Origin: Octopus sinensis
Lineage: Eukaryota
Reading direction: 5' to 3'
NCBI RefSeq assembly: GCF_006345805.1
Contig: NC_043008.1
Span: forward strand, 14,198,001 to 14,262,000
Length of the DNA stretch: 64,000 bases
In this document: in pieces, positions 15,056 to 27,887 of the stretch
Layout: each line of letters opens with the position of its first letter
Position numbering within the stretch: the first letter of the stretch is position 1
The notes under the pieces: model-generated
The model's database searches: none
The model's input: only the letters and a program-made list of their open reading frames with translations
What the model was told of the DNA's origin: nothing
Position numbers and translations under genes: made by a program

Positions 15056-16174
15056 CTTGGGAGAAATACTAATTCTTTGAGCCAGTCCGTCTTTGAAGGA
15101 AAGACAAAAGTTGCTCATAACTCGTTCACACCTGCCCAAAATAGAATTTATCCAAATTTGCGAAGTTGAATTTAAATTTACTGACAAACATGATTTCTAG
15201 TATTCGCAGAATCCTTTTACAAGCAATTACGCAAAAGCATTAGTTAACCATTTGAAGTGAATTTAATTCTTATATGTACAGCATATAACAATTCAAATGC
15301 TAGAATGTTTATGGAATGTGCGCAGTATATCAATGTATACTTTTACATAAACCATAGTTTCTAAAGAATTGCATTCACTGGTTTCTCTGTAAATTCAATT
15401 AGAAATATCAGACCAATTAAATATTATCATTTTATAATATATTCTTAATATTGTTTTCTTCGCACGAAATTAATTAAAAACTTGGAACTTTAATTTTTAG
15501 TTTTCAAATGAAATGAATTCTCGACCGAGCGATTGCTTTTCTCAAATGCATTTAAGTCATATGACAACTGAACGAGTACTTTAATGGATGTGTGTTAAAT
15601 AGAGTGAACAGAAATCAAATAGCAAATGAAATAATTTAATATTTAAAATAATAAATTTCATACAAATTTAAGAATAATGTCTTACTTGACTAAATTTCTG
15701 AGATGAGTTATTGCTATAATAATTGAAATTTTCTAGATTATTAACTTTCTCTTCCGTTCTTTGCTCTGCGTCTGAATGAGTTCAGACACAATTTGTCATC
15801 AGAAATCCGGTTCGTTTACACGTTTACACCTACGTTTCCTGTATGTGTTAAGTATAAAGTTTCTAGGATCAAACTACAGGCGGAAAATATAAACATATAT
15901 GAAAAGAATTCCTGCAATCCATTTTTGTATTTTTCCAACCAATGTTTTCTAAATTTTTTCGTTTCCTTCTCGTTTAGTCTGCACAGAAACAGCAGCATCA
16001 TGTCTATCCACTGTCACTTAGCAACTGATGTCAACTTCCTTTGACAGTAGTTGGCTATAAAACATAGATGTCCTTAATCTGTTCAGAGCAAACAAGAAGA
16101 GCCAGAAGAAAAATTGAAATTAAAACTTGTCAAAAATCTAGAATATCAATAGACAGATAAATAGACCGTATATA

Positions 16175-16258
<84 letters not shown>

Positions 16259-16292
16259 CAGCAGCAGCAGCAATAGCAGCAGCAGCACCATC

Positions 16293-16340
<48 letters not shown>
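16175..16340. repeat. (TAG)n/(CAG)n microsatellite
   Basis: Direct reading. Confidence 0.95.
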
Positions 16341-16341
<1 letters not shown>

Positions 16342-16578
16342 TTAAAAACTGAGAAAAACAACGCGAGGACGTAGCACATAAGACGCTCAGAGAAGTAAAA
16401 GAGTGATTAATTTACATTTCGAGCATAGTTTGTCTTCGGAATCAAGAAAGATCGGAAAGTCCGAAGGAAAAGAAAGAAACAGGAAATAAAATCGCGAACA
16501 GTCCACGTATAGTTACATTTATATATACATGCATACATACAAACGTGCACGCTCACACGAACGCGCTTACGCAAATAT

Positions 16579-16647
<69 letters not shown>

Positions 16648-16676
16648 CATACATACATATATATATATGTATATAC

Positions 16677-16735
<59 letters not shown>

Positions 16736-17490
16736 TGTATGTATGTATGTAGCTATATAATTATATATATATATTTAAGGATGAAATAATGAAATGCCCT
16801 ATTTTCTTATGCATCATGTTTGAAAGACGTTAACTCTAATGTTTTATTCTGACATTTCTTTGTTTTACGACATTGTAAAGTTACATTATCCCTTGTAGAC
16901 GGAGTACGGTTGGACATGTTTTTGCAAATTAATGCCCAACCGTACTCCTTGTTGACTCCAACTTATTCAGTTATATATATATATATATATTATCCAAGAA
17001 TCTAGATGTAGAAAAAAGTTACTTCAAGCAATCCGTATAAGGTATAGAAAACGTCTGTCAAAGATAATACTGGATTAATGAAACGGAATGTTGTGGAATT
17101 TTTTTGAATCGATGTAGAATAAATTGAAAAAAGTTCTCTTCGAAATTTTACCGTAGGCGACCAGGCTTGCCGAGTATGCGAATAAGAACAAACGTGTTAA
17201 GAAGTGGAATATATATGTTTCATAACAACCTGACCGCGGGCTCCTCGTTAGGTGAGGTTATGTTAATTGAAGGCAAGTTGATATTGAAAGTCTATTTGCG
17301 TTCAATGATACAAAAGCTTACATGCATAGACACACACACACACACACACAATAAACACTCACTACGCCCGGTCTGAGAATGAGAAACCGCGATCCTACAA
17401 TTGCGAGTCCGCTGTCCTAACCACTGGGCCATTGCGTCTTCACCATATATATATATATACATGTGTGTGTGTGTGAGTGTGTGTGTGTGT

Positions 17491-17563
<73 letters not shown>

Positions 17564-17584
17564 ATATATGTATATACAGTCGCC

Positions 17585-17763
17585 ATGATAGATCGTTAGC
17601 CACTACACACATTTTTTTCTCTCCTTGTTTTTTCTGTGGCCCTTTCAGTAGAAGAGCGTAGGCTCGAAACGTGAAAAACTTTTTCTATTCCTGAGCATTA
17701 TACTAATACATCTGTTTGTTTTGTACACCACCTGTCTTCGTCTTTTGTTTTTTCGTAAATTCT

Positions 17764-17770
<7 letters not shown>
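17585..17770 (+). mobile_element. Short TA-flanked repeat (putative PLE pseudo-LTR remnant) with a degenerate minimal hammerhead
   Basis: Inverse copy of 19453-19630. Contains gagc-gtag-gctc-gaaacgt, but the core is decayed (cagtaga; H17=G). Confidence 0.5.
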
Positions 17771-17802
<32 letters not shown>

Positions 17803-19128
17803 CACAAACTTACATATATATGCATATTTGTACCTATAAACATATATGTATGCATGTATGTATTTAGATATGTCTAGCCGATGTAGATTAAAGTCAAATA
17901 TTTCAAAAGAATTGCTACAGGGAATTACCTAAGTCAACAATGTTTTACTGTTAGTATACTTTTTCTGTTTCAGTGACAAATTAATTGTTATTCACGATTG
18001 CCAAATGTTTTTACTATTAAAAATGCCACGTTTTTTTTGTATTATCTGAATGCTGTGCCATATTTTATGAAGAATTATTCACTTATTGGAAACTATGAAA
18101 TATTTTCTGTTTAAAAATCAATCGTCCTTTTCCATAGTGCTATTTTTAATGTTCTATGGTCAGAAGCTTTCAAGCGATTATTGCTTCTCTTCCAAAACTT
18201 TTGGTTATTTTTTCTCTTTTTCAGAAACTAAAAGAGACTTCTATCCAACAGGGACATTTTCACTTTTTCCTCAAATCCAATTAAAATAAACATGATTTAA
18301 TATTTATTTTTTTCATAAAATGCAAAGCAAGGAATCGCACATCATTAAATTATAGAACACTAAGCACCCCAACTACTAAATAAAAGAGAAAGCATTAAAA
18401 TTAAAAAATTAATAATTAACTAATGTTGCTGGAAATATGAAGGACCTAAATGGTCCATTGAAGTTGTATGAAAGCTCATAGGAAAGCCATCGGAATCGTC
18501 CAATAGAAACTGCATGAATTTTATGTGAGGTGTTCATGAAAATGTTCTACATTATGATTTTTCAATTACAGGAAGGATTTTATGGATCAAGGCATCAATA
18601 AAAGCATTTTAAACAGGTTTTAGTGGAATCTGAATTGAATAATACACCCAAAGGAAGGCTTCAATGACTCATTGCAATGGAATCGTCAAATTCTATTTCC
18701 AATATGAATTAAAAATTGTTTAAGAGAGCTTTGATTAACGCATTCCTATGATGCTATTACCATTGTAACAGAAGACTAACCATAGCGGCAAACAGACGCA
18801 GGTAATGCTTACCTGATTATATAGAATTCGCAATTACTATTATGGTTAATATCAACTTTATTATTAATGGCTTAGGAAATACATGAGTTCCCATCTTTAA
18901 AAGTATAATTAGATACCTCTTGAATAAAATTATTCACAGTTAACACGGGGTTTATGTTTCGAAACAAAAACATTCAGGCTTAACGAATATCATTAAGGTT
19001 AACAAGTTCTTTGCGAATATTTCTTGACAATATTTAACAGACCCTTAGGCGGTGAGCTGGCAGAAACGTTAGCACGCCGGGCGAAACGCTTCGCGATATT
19101 TCGTCTGCCGTTACGTTCTTCGATAACG

Positions 19129-19161
19129 TACATAATATCGAAGTCTCTTCGATATTATGTA
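19129..19161. repeat. Perfect 15-bp-arm hairpin interrupting a SINE-A head
   Basis: tacataatatcgaag-tct-cttcgatattatgta, directly after the truncated SINE head at about 19045-19120. Confidence 0.85.
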
Positions 19162-19206
19162 AATAGATGAATTTATCTGTAACTCTAATAAGTGGCACTT
19201 ATTCGG

Positions 19207-19280
19207 TAGCCATGATAAAACTCCGAGTTTCGGATGTCTGGGTGGAAATCCACGCCGCCATCTCTTCAGTTATCCGGCCA
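19207..19280 (-). ncRNA. Type I hammerhead ribozyme (intact core)
   Basis: Reads tggccggataa-CTGAAGA-gatg..(gtgg-attt-ccac)..catcc-GAAAC-tcgga-GT-T-ttatcatggcta. Stem I is about 11 bp with one bulge, stem III is aact/agtt, and stem II needs one bulged C. Predicted cleavage between 19219 and 19218. Confidence 0.7.
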
Positions 19281-19304
19281 TCGCAAAAATTGCATTTTTT
19301 CAGA

Positions 19305-19378
19305 TGGCCGGATAAGTGAAGAGATGGCGGCGTGGATTTCCATCTAGGCATCCGAAACTCGGAGTTTTATCATAGCTA
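19305..19378 (+). ncRNA. Hammerhead ribozyme copy with a C3G core mutation (probably inactive)
   Basis: Same fold as the mirror copy, but the core reads GTGAAGA at 19316. Confidence 0.55.
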
Positions 19379-19406
19379 CCGAATAATTGTCACATATTAC
19401 ATTTAC

Positions 19407-19454
<48 letters not shown>

Positions 19455-19548
19455 TGGGGGAGAGTTCACAAAATAAAAACAAAAGACGAAGACAGATGGT
19501 GTAGACAACAAACAGATGTATTAGTATAACACTCAGGAAGTGGAAAAG

Positions 19549-19586
19549 TCTTTTACGTTTCGAGCCTACGCTCTTCCACAGAAAGA
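19549..19586 (-). ncRNA. Minimal hammerhead-like motif (A6U variant) inside TA-flanked repeat 19453-19630
   Basis: Reads tcttt-CTGTGGA-a-gagc-gtag-gctc-GAAAC-GT-A-aaaga, with a 5-bp stem I, a 4-bp stem II and a palindromic ACGT stem III. Confidence 0.5.
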
Positions 19587-20784
19587 AACAAGGAGAGAAA
19601 ATAAAGAATGTGTAGTGGCTAGCGATTTATTCATGTATATATGTATATATATGAATGTGCATGTGTGAGTGGCATTTATATGTGTGTATATGAGCGCGCG
19701 TGCGACCCCCTGCGTCTGTGTGTATTTATTTTTGCTTCTCTGTGCAGTTGCGATAAAAAAACACATTTTACATTACTCTGAAGGATTGGCCCATATTTTT
19801 GTGGAGTACAATCTTATTATTCTTTAACAAGACAGAAGCTTCAAAGTTTCAGCCAGTTAGGCATCAATGGACAGTCTGATGATGGCTTCAGTGGCCGAAA
19901 CTTCGAATACATGATCAATATTTTCTCCTTAAAGACCAACACACAAGCACACACAAACACACACACACATACATTGTTTATAGTTATCAAATGTATGTAC
20001 TGTACATAAGCTCATTCTCTCCTTCAAATCGACATTGCCTGAACTGACGCATGGCGTACCATGCGTCTGGAGTGGAAAGGATCGCAGGACATCGTGAGAT
20101 GAAGTGTTTTGCTCAAAAATACAACGCACCATCGGTCTACGAATTGAAACCACGATCTCCCGATCATCAGGACAACATCTTAACCAAAAGGCCATACGTT
20201 TTCACTATATAAGATCTCTGTGTGTGCGTATGTGTGTCTCTCTTTACGTATATGTGCGTATGCATGTATCTCTTTACTTATATGTGTATCGATGATTGTG
20301 TCTTTGTATTTATGTACATTGTCTCTGGTTGGAAGATAACCAAGACACAATGAATTCCATTCATTGTTTCTTAACTATATTCTTATATTCTGCGACTGTG
20401 TACTCGCGTCAGTATAAGACTTTTGCGGTTGCTATGGTAAGGATTTGCATTTATACATCTGTAAAAAAATCCATTAAGACGCATCTGTGATATATTCGCT
20501 TTTCAATTAGTGCAAAATTACGTTCTTAATCCGCTTCTGTGCATTCAAGTTTGTTTTCAGGTGTTTTTCGTTGTTGTAGAAGTGAGATTCTTTAGATTAG
20601 ACCTGGCACAGTAACCTTCAATAGTCAAGCATTCAAATACGATGGTCTACTTCTTCCACATACTTTGTTCGCTCGGCGTGTACTAGAAAGTTAAAATACT
20701 AGAAGTTCCATTGAATTAAACGTTTCATGGGCAATAGCATCTGTATTGATAGGGGCTCGAATACAGTACTTGATATTCAAACAT

Positions 20785-21322
20785 CACGCAGAGCGAAATG
20801 ATTAGCCGTATTTCGTCTGCCGTTACGTTCCGAGTTCAAAATACGACGAGGTCGACTTTGACTTTCATTCTTTCGGGGTCGATAAATTAAGTACCAGAGA
20901 TGTACTGGGGTCGATGTAATCGACTTAATCCGTTTGTCTGTCCTTGTTTGTCCTCTCTGTGTTTAGCCCCATGTGAGTAGTATTTCGTCTGCCGATACGT
21001 TCTGATTTCAAATACCTCCGACGTCGACTTTGCCTTTCATCCTTTCGGGGTCGATTAAATAAGTACCAGTTATGCACTGGTGTCGGTATAATCGACTTAA
21101 TCCATTTGTCTGTCCTTGTTTGTCCCCTCTGTGTGTAGTCCCTTGTGGTTAGTAAAGAAATAGCTGTTTCGTCTGTCTTTGTGTTCTGAGTTCAAATTCC
21201 TCCGAGGTCGACTTTGCCTTTCATCCTTTCGAGGTTGATAAATAAAGTACCAGTTGCGTACTGGGTCGATCTAATCGACTGCCCCACTCCCCAAAAATTT
21301 CGGGTCTTGTGCCTAGAGTTCA
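20785..21322 (+). mobile_element. SINE family A concatemer (3 internal units)
   Basis: The unit gtatttcgtctgccg..gagttcaaat..gtcgactttgcctttcatcctttcggggtcgat.. is repeated three times; the last unit has an alternative tail. Confidence 0.85.
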
Positions 21323-22099
21323 AACATATCAAACGAAAGTTGTTTCGAGATTTTGACCCCGATGAAGTCGAAAACACTGGACAAAATCTCCGAACTTATT
21401 GAAGCAACCAAAGGAGCACAAGTCCAGATGATTGGCGAAGGAAGAAAACGTAAATGTCACATATACGTGAGCATCTGACATTTAAAACTTATTTGCGTTC
21501 AATGATACAAAATTGGTATATCACTGACGCTTCCAGCATAGAGAAGCTTTCAGACCGGTTACAACATCTGAGTAAATGATTTTTCGCCAAAATTCAGGGA
21601 AGGTTTAAGCGTAAGCCAATCTGCTTAAGCTCTTACTGACTGGTTGGTTTGCCAATGGTATTGCTTACGAAACACTGTAGAAGAGAAAGCGACATTGCTG
21701 CCTCTAGATACAAGCTCCTCTGCATCAACGTTCACCTTATCCCAACCTGCCAGCGTATTAGCTGGAACCTTTCCTCTCACCGCCCGCGTGTTTAAAGTTG
21801 ACAGAACTGACATGAAGTAGAAATCGTTGATATAAAGTTTGGCAAATCAATTTTTATTTCTTCGGTGATTTAATTAATCTCATTAGTGGGATTTATTAAA
21901 TTAATCAGAGTGAATGGAATTGTCATTAAATAGAAGAGATAAGTCATAATTCAGTCCTCAAATCGTTCACCTGAGACTGTTTGACAGCTGCTTCTCCAAT
22001 AAATCCTTATCAATCAATGGATATTACAACCAGGAGAATACCGCTGGCACGTTTATCCGGTTAAGCATTTAAATCTAATTATCAATGATCTAAAGTATG

Positions 22100-23184
22100 C
22101 ATCGTCGTCGTCACCAACCTCATCAACATCATCACCACCAAAAACATCCCATCATCATCATCACCATCATCATCATCGTAGTCGTCGTCGTCATCGTAAT
22201 TCTCTTCGCAGCCATTATTATCCTGAATATGAATATCCACAACATCATCATCATCATCCTTGCCGTAGTCGACTTTATCATCGCCCCCTAATCATCATCA
22301 TCATCATCATCATCATCATAAAAACTATGTTTTCTTGCTTCTATGACGTCCATCATCTTTGTTGTTGATGCTGCTGCTGGAATAGCTTCAAACAATTTCT
22401 CTAACAAAATCCGTATCATCCGGCGTCATCATCATCATCACTAACATCACCACCAACACCATCATGATTATCACTACCACCACCACCATCATCGTCGTAA
22501 TCATCAACATCACCATCATTTTCATTATCAACATTTCTTTGTTATTGTAATCGTCGTTGTCATCAACATCACCATCATGATCATTAAAACAGTCACCTAT
22601 ACATTTCACTATATACACCGTTTTCGCACTAGGACCATGAACGCCAGAAAGATACAGCCTGTTGTATAATAAACTGCGTGAGATCAAGGCAACCTAAGCT
22701 GGAAACATAGTACAAAGGAGAAAAATACAATGAGATTAATAATATGAATTTAATTTAGAGCGCAGGTACATACGTTAGGCAAGTTACTTCTCAGGTAACA
22801 ATATATGGCGAGAATAGTCGGTGTTTGGTGTAAAGAAAAAAACCTGTGTGTTCGACAGTGGCACAACGGAAGCAATCAAAGAACAAATGTGGTAAGATCG
22901 AGCCGACGGATATTGTGTTTCACGGACGAAGTTAGGCTGGATTGAAAGGATGTGCTGCAAGATCTGTCTAAACATTTTCAATATTGAGAGACAGGTGTTG
23001 AAACGACGACGGCTGCGATGATGATGATGATGATGATGACGATGATGACGATGACGATGACGATGATGATGATGATAAGAATCAACGGCGATGGTGATGA
23101 AGACAACAAATATAACAATGGCGATGGTGATGACTGGGATGGCAATGATGACGATGATGGTGATTATGATGATGATGATGGTGC

Positions 23185-23225
<41 letters not shown>

Positions 23226-23950
23226 ATGATGATGATGATGATAACGACGACTATGATGATGATGATGACGACGACGATGACTACAAGAATGATAGAGGAA
23301 GAGGAAGATTATGATGATGACGATGATGCTTATCATCATAATCATGACGATGATCATGATCATGATGATCATGATGACGATGACGGCGACTGCAACGACG
23401 ACAACGGCGATGAGAAGAATGACGACGGTGACGTTATTGATGACGACTATGGCGATGATGATGACGACGATAATGTTTATGACGATGATGATGATGATGA
23501 GAACAGTGATAATTGATGAAGACGATGATGAGTTGATGATGCTAACGATGATAATAAGAATCAATGGTGACGGTTATGAAGACAATAAATATAACAATGG
23601 CGATGGTGATGACTTGGATGGCAATTACGATGATGATGATGATGGCGATGATGATAATGACGATGACGATGATGATGATGATGATGATGGTGATCAAGAG
23701 GATGATGGAGATGATGATAATGACGATGATGATGATGATTATAATGAGTGTGATAGCGATGATGATAATGACGATGATGTTGATGATGATAATGGTGATG
23801 ATGATAATGATGATGATGGTTATGATGGAGATGATAATGACGACGGTGATGACGATGATGATAATAACGATGATGAAGATGAGGAGGATGATGATGATGA
23901 TAATGAGGATGATGGTGATGATTTTATTGATGATGATGATGATGATGACG

Positions 23951-24009
<59 letters not shown>

Positions 24010-24010
24010 G
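22100..24010. repeat. Decayed (CAT)/(GAT)n low-complexity region with an internal duplication of about 480-bp period, ending in (TAT)n
   Basis: The block ataagaatcaa(c/t)gg..aaatataacaatggcgatggtgatgac occurs near 23075 and 23555. A non-repetitive stretch lies at about 22580-23010. Confidence 0.85.
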
Positions 24011-24857
24011 GCGGCGAGTGCATATAACCAAAATTCCTAGGTTTCTTGACAAAGCAGTAATGACAGAAATATTTTAAATATATAACGTTTTTCTGTTTTG
24101 GTTTAATGCTAGTAACGTCGTTCACGCACCGATGCAGTCGCTCTTAACAATACTTCCATTCTTTTATACTTGATAACCGTAATGTTAAACATACTGGCCT
24201 CTGAGAGAGAGAGAGAGACAAGAAAAGAATATTGATTTCAGCGAATATATCCACAATTTTAGATGGATCAATGACGAAATAATTCCAGTTGACAGAAAAT
24301 AGACTACAGGAAGTTTTCTATTTTCTTAACATGTCAGCATTTGTAATTCCAAAACGACTTCAGCTGTGTGGACAGTGGAAACAGCAAATAAAAAAAATAA
24401 ATAAAATATTGTCAATTCTAAACAACAACCGAGTATTTCTTTCATTTCGTATTTCTAAACTTTATTAGGGGATGATTAAATAAAGATAGAAGCCTTGACA
24501 GTAAGAATGTAACATCAACAAGCAATATGACATGTAGTAGACGTATTTATTATGCGGGAGTAATGCAGAGAATGGTGGGTAAGTATATTCTTAAACGAAA
24601 ACACAAATGACATTGTATATTGGAGACCTGAAAATATATTACTCTTTTACAACTTTCTTTATTGTTATCTGCTCCCCCACCACACACGTCATTTGAAACA
24701 GGCTTAGGCCTTCTATGCCAACTCTTCTGTGGATGCATTTGGTACATTAATAGAAAAAGATAAAGGAAATAAGTTAGACAGACTATTGAATATGTAAACG
24801 AAAATCTTCAATGATAAGTTCACTAGAGAAATGTTTGCTATAAATAGAGGCTTAAAA

Positions 24858-25357
24858 GGCGGCGAGCTGGCAGAATCGTTAACACGCCGGGCGAAATGCG
24901 TAGCCGTATTTCGTCTGCCGTTACTTGTTCTGAGTTCAAATTTCGCCGAGGTCGACTTTGCCTTTCATCCTTCCGGGGTCGATAAATTAAGTACCAGTTA
25001 CGCACTGGGGTCGATGTAATCAACTTAATCCGTGTTTAGCCCGTTATGGGTAGTAAAGAAATACGTATTTCGTCTGCCTTTCGGGGTCGATAAATTAAGT
25101 ACCAGTTACGCACTGGGGTCGATGTAATCAACTTAATCCGTGTTTAACCCGTTGTAGGTAGTAAAGAAATACGTATTTCGTCTGCCGTTACGTGTTCTGG
25201 GTTCAAATTCTGCCGAGGTCGACTTTGCCTTTCATCCTTCTGGGGTCGATAAATTAAGTACCAGTTACGCACTGGGGTCTATGTAATCGACTTAATCCCT
25301 TTGTCTGTCCTTGTTTATCCCCTCTGTGTTTAGCCCCTTGTGGGTAGTAAAGAAATA
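24858..25357 (+). mobile_element. SINE family A, full head plus tandem units
   Basis: Head ggcggcgagctggcaga with A-box-like and B-box-like (gagttcaaattt) motifs, followed by repeated internal units. Confidence 0.88.
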
Positions 25358-26715
25358 TATAAATACTAGCTTAATACATAATAGTTTTTTTTTTGTAATT
25401 TTGGCACAATGTTAGCAATTGTCAGAGAGTAAAAATCGATCACATCGACAACCCAATGCACCACTGGTATTTATTTTATTTATGTTATTGACTCTGAAAG
25501 GATGCAATGTTGATCTCAGCAACATTTGAACTCAAAAGACAAAGAAACGACGCAAAGCATTTTGTGCGAAATTTATCGATTCTATCATCTCGCTTTCGCT
25601 TAATACATCAATGCGTATTTTTGGATTATTTAATGTTTTCCTATTCATCCATCACACTCAAAATGTCATTAACTCCATTTTCCATACGAACATTTGTAGT
25701 CTTTTCTTGCTTAAATTTTCTTTAGAGATTGTTTGTCGTACAATATATTTCTCAATCCCGATTACAATTCTTCAGGCACCATATTCAACAATTCATTTTA
25801 TGTTCTGACATATAAATAGACTTCAAAGAAAAATTCTTCAAAATTTTCCACTGACAGTTCACATATGAAAGCAATATTTTAATGTATATGTTTTCTTCAA
25901 ACCATCTATTAATATTGTATCATTGATATATATTTTTATATTCACTGCTTCCGTCTATTTTTGTCAGTTGACTCGGATGGCAACACGCACTTACATTGAC
26001 ATTTTTGTATTTCATTAGAAACAAAAGTTTTACAAATTGGAAACCTTGGAAACCAAATATAGTTAGATGAATGGTGTATCTGTTCTACTTAAGAACTTAT
26101 GTGACCTTCCACCGGATACAAGTCATTTTAATGATTTAGATGCACGTCCATATTTGCAAGAACAAAATAGTTATCTTTTTCGTTTCGTTATTGGGAATTT
26201 TTTTTCTATTTCGGTTAGATACCCTTAATAACATGTTCTACCCAAATGCGAAACACAAGTTGTACATATCGATTGTATTATAAAAACAAACTTACGAAAG
26301 TGTGAGAGAGTAGACAAATGGAAGAAAAGCGTTCTACCATGTATAGTGTACCTTCGACTAGATCCAATGGGCCATTATCTTAAAGTTGTTGTAAGTAACT
26401 TCAGCGAAATGCTGCTGCTATTTTTAGTAGCTAGAGATATTTCATACATATAAGAGGTAATGAAATGTAAGGTTCGTGTGTTTCAGTGTCTGTGAAATTT
26501 TTAATCATACATATAGTTTCGTTTTATAAATAAGTGTACGAATGACAGTGTAGCTAAGACATTTGCTTCACAAGAATTTCTCTGTGGATTCGATCCTAAT
26601 GCGCTGTACATTGGGTATGTAGCATTTGCCATAGCTGCTCCATGTGTGTATGTATGTCTGTGGGGGTTGTATTTTCTGATTCCATCTTTGTATATTGCAG
26701 AAAGGTATACATATA

Positions 26716-26935
26716 TATTTCTTTACTGCCCACAAGGGGCTAAACATAGAGGGGACAAACAAGGACAGACAAAGGGATTAAGTCGATTACATCGAACTGG
26801 TATTTATTTATCGACCCCGAAAGGATGAAAAGCAAAGTCGACTTCGGCGGAATTTGAACTCAGAACGTAACGACAGACGAAATAACGCTAAGCATTTCGC
26901 CCGGCGCACTAACGTTTCTACCAGCTCAACGACTT
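26716..26935 (-). mobile_element. SINE family A with an 18-bp target-site duplication
   Basis: cagaaaggtatacatata occurs on both sides (about 26698-26715 and 26940-26957). Confidence 0.88.
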
Positions 26936-27622
26936 TTTTCAGAAAGGTATACATATAAGTGAGACACAGAATAACCTGAAAACATCCTTCGTCAGAAACA
27001 TTACAGTGAAACTGTGTGCGGCACGTTGGTATTGTATAACCACAATGTTATTCTTCAGAATCTACGATATAAATAACATAAAATATGAGATAATTATTGC
27101 TTTAGTTTTAGATTTTCTAAAGGTCTCAATAGTTATGTTTAACTTAAGGTCATATGGGCCAAGGAAATGACTGCCTGGCGTTACGTTCCCGTCATTTTGT
27201 ATCTTAGGAAAGAAAAGTACATGTGGATCCCTGGCGTCCATTCATCATATATGATACACATTCCCAATTTTTTTTTCAGCCACCAAATTAAATTGCGACT
27301 TGCGGAATGAAATGCTTGTATTAAACAGAACCTGTGAAAGGGGGCACACTAAAAGTCTGAAATGAAGCGTGAGCAATTTAGAAATCCTTATGCTTTGGAC
27401 AGAAAAATGAAGATGGTTGGTTGTGAAGTGATTGAAATTTGGTTGTTATTTCTCGAAGGTGGTTTGAGACACGGATTTGCTAATGTAGAAACAAGCACGG
27501 GAGAGTACTGCAACGGGAATAGTGTTTTATTTTATGACAATATCCTTGAATGGATTTCTATTTGCGATCGTGATGTTCACCATGGTGGATCCCCTCTTCT
27601 CGAGCCACGCCTGGCTCATTAT

Positions 27623-27887
27623 GGCCGGTTTCCTTGTTTCCTTGGCGTATAGGTTCCCCACCTGGGCGGGACGCTGGTCCGTCGCAGGTGAGCTGCAAGA
27701 TGCAGGAGGAAAGAGTGAGAGAAAGTTGTGGCGAAAGAGTCAGCAGAAGTTCGCCATTACCTTCTGCTGGAGCCGCGTGGAGCTTAGGTGTTTCGCTCAT
27801 AAACACACACATCGCCTGGTCTAAGATTCGAACGCGCGATCCCACGACCGCGAGTCCGCTCCTCTAACCACTAGGTCATGTGCCTCC
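27623..27887 (-). mobile_element. tRNA-derived SINE, family C
   Basis: Matches 47321-47587; tRNA-like head ggaggcacatgacctagtggttag..gttcgaatc. Confidence 0.8.

Larger units (their letters stand above)
19175..19410. mobile_element. Inverted-repeat element (about 108-bp arms, 20-nt spacer) with a hammerhead in each arm, ending in (TA)n
   Basis: Arms at 19175-19282 and 19303-19410 are reverse complements with scattered mismatches. Confidence 0.85.

Noticed and set aside
20785-21322. Regularly repeated units suggesting a CRISPR array
   Set aside because: Eukaryotic context; the units are about 190-bp SINE segments without unique spacers, and there are no cas genes.
21330-21400. Minus-strand 9-bp stem gagattttg/caaaatctc followed by GAAAC
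   Set aside because: No recognisable 5' core upstream of the stem.
23018-24040. Asp-rich ORF (238 aa) resembling acidic biomineralisation proteins
   Set aside because: A decayed (GAT)n tract stays open in the Asp frame by default. There is no signal peptide or splice evidence, and it ends in (TAT)n.
26960-27000. Minus-strand CTGACGA-aggatg
   Set aside because: No downstream GAAA.
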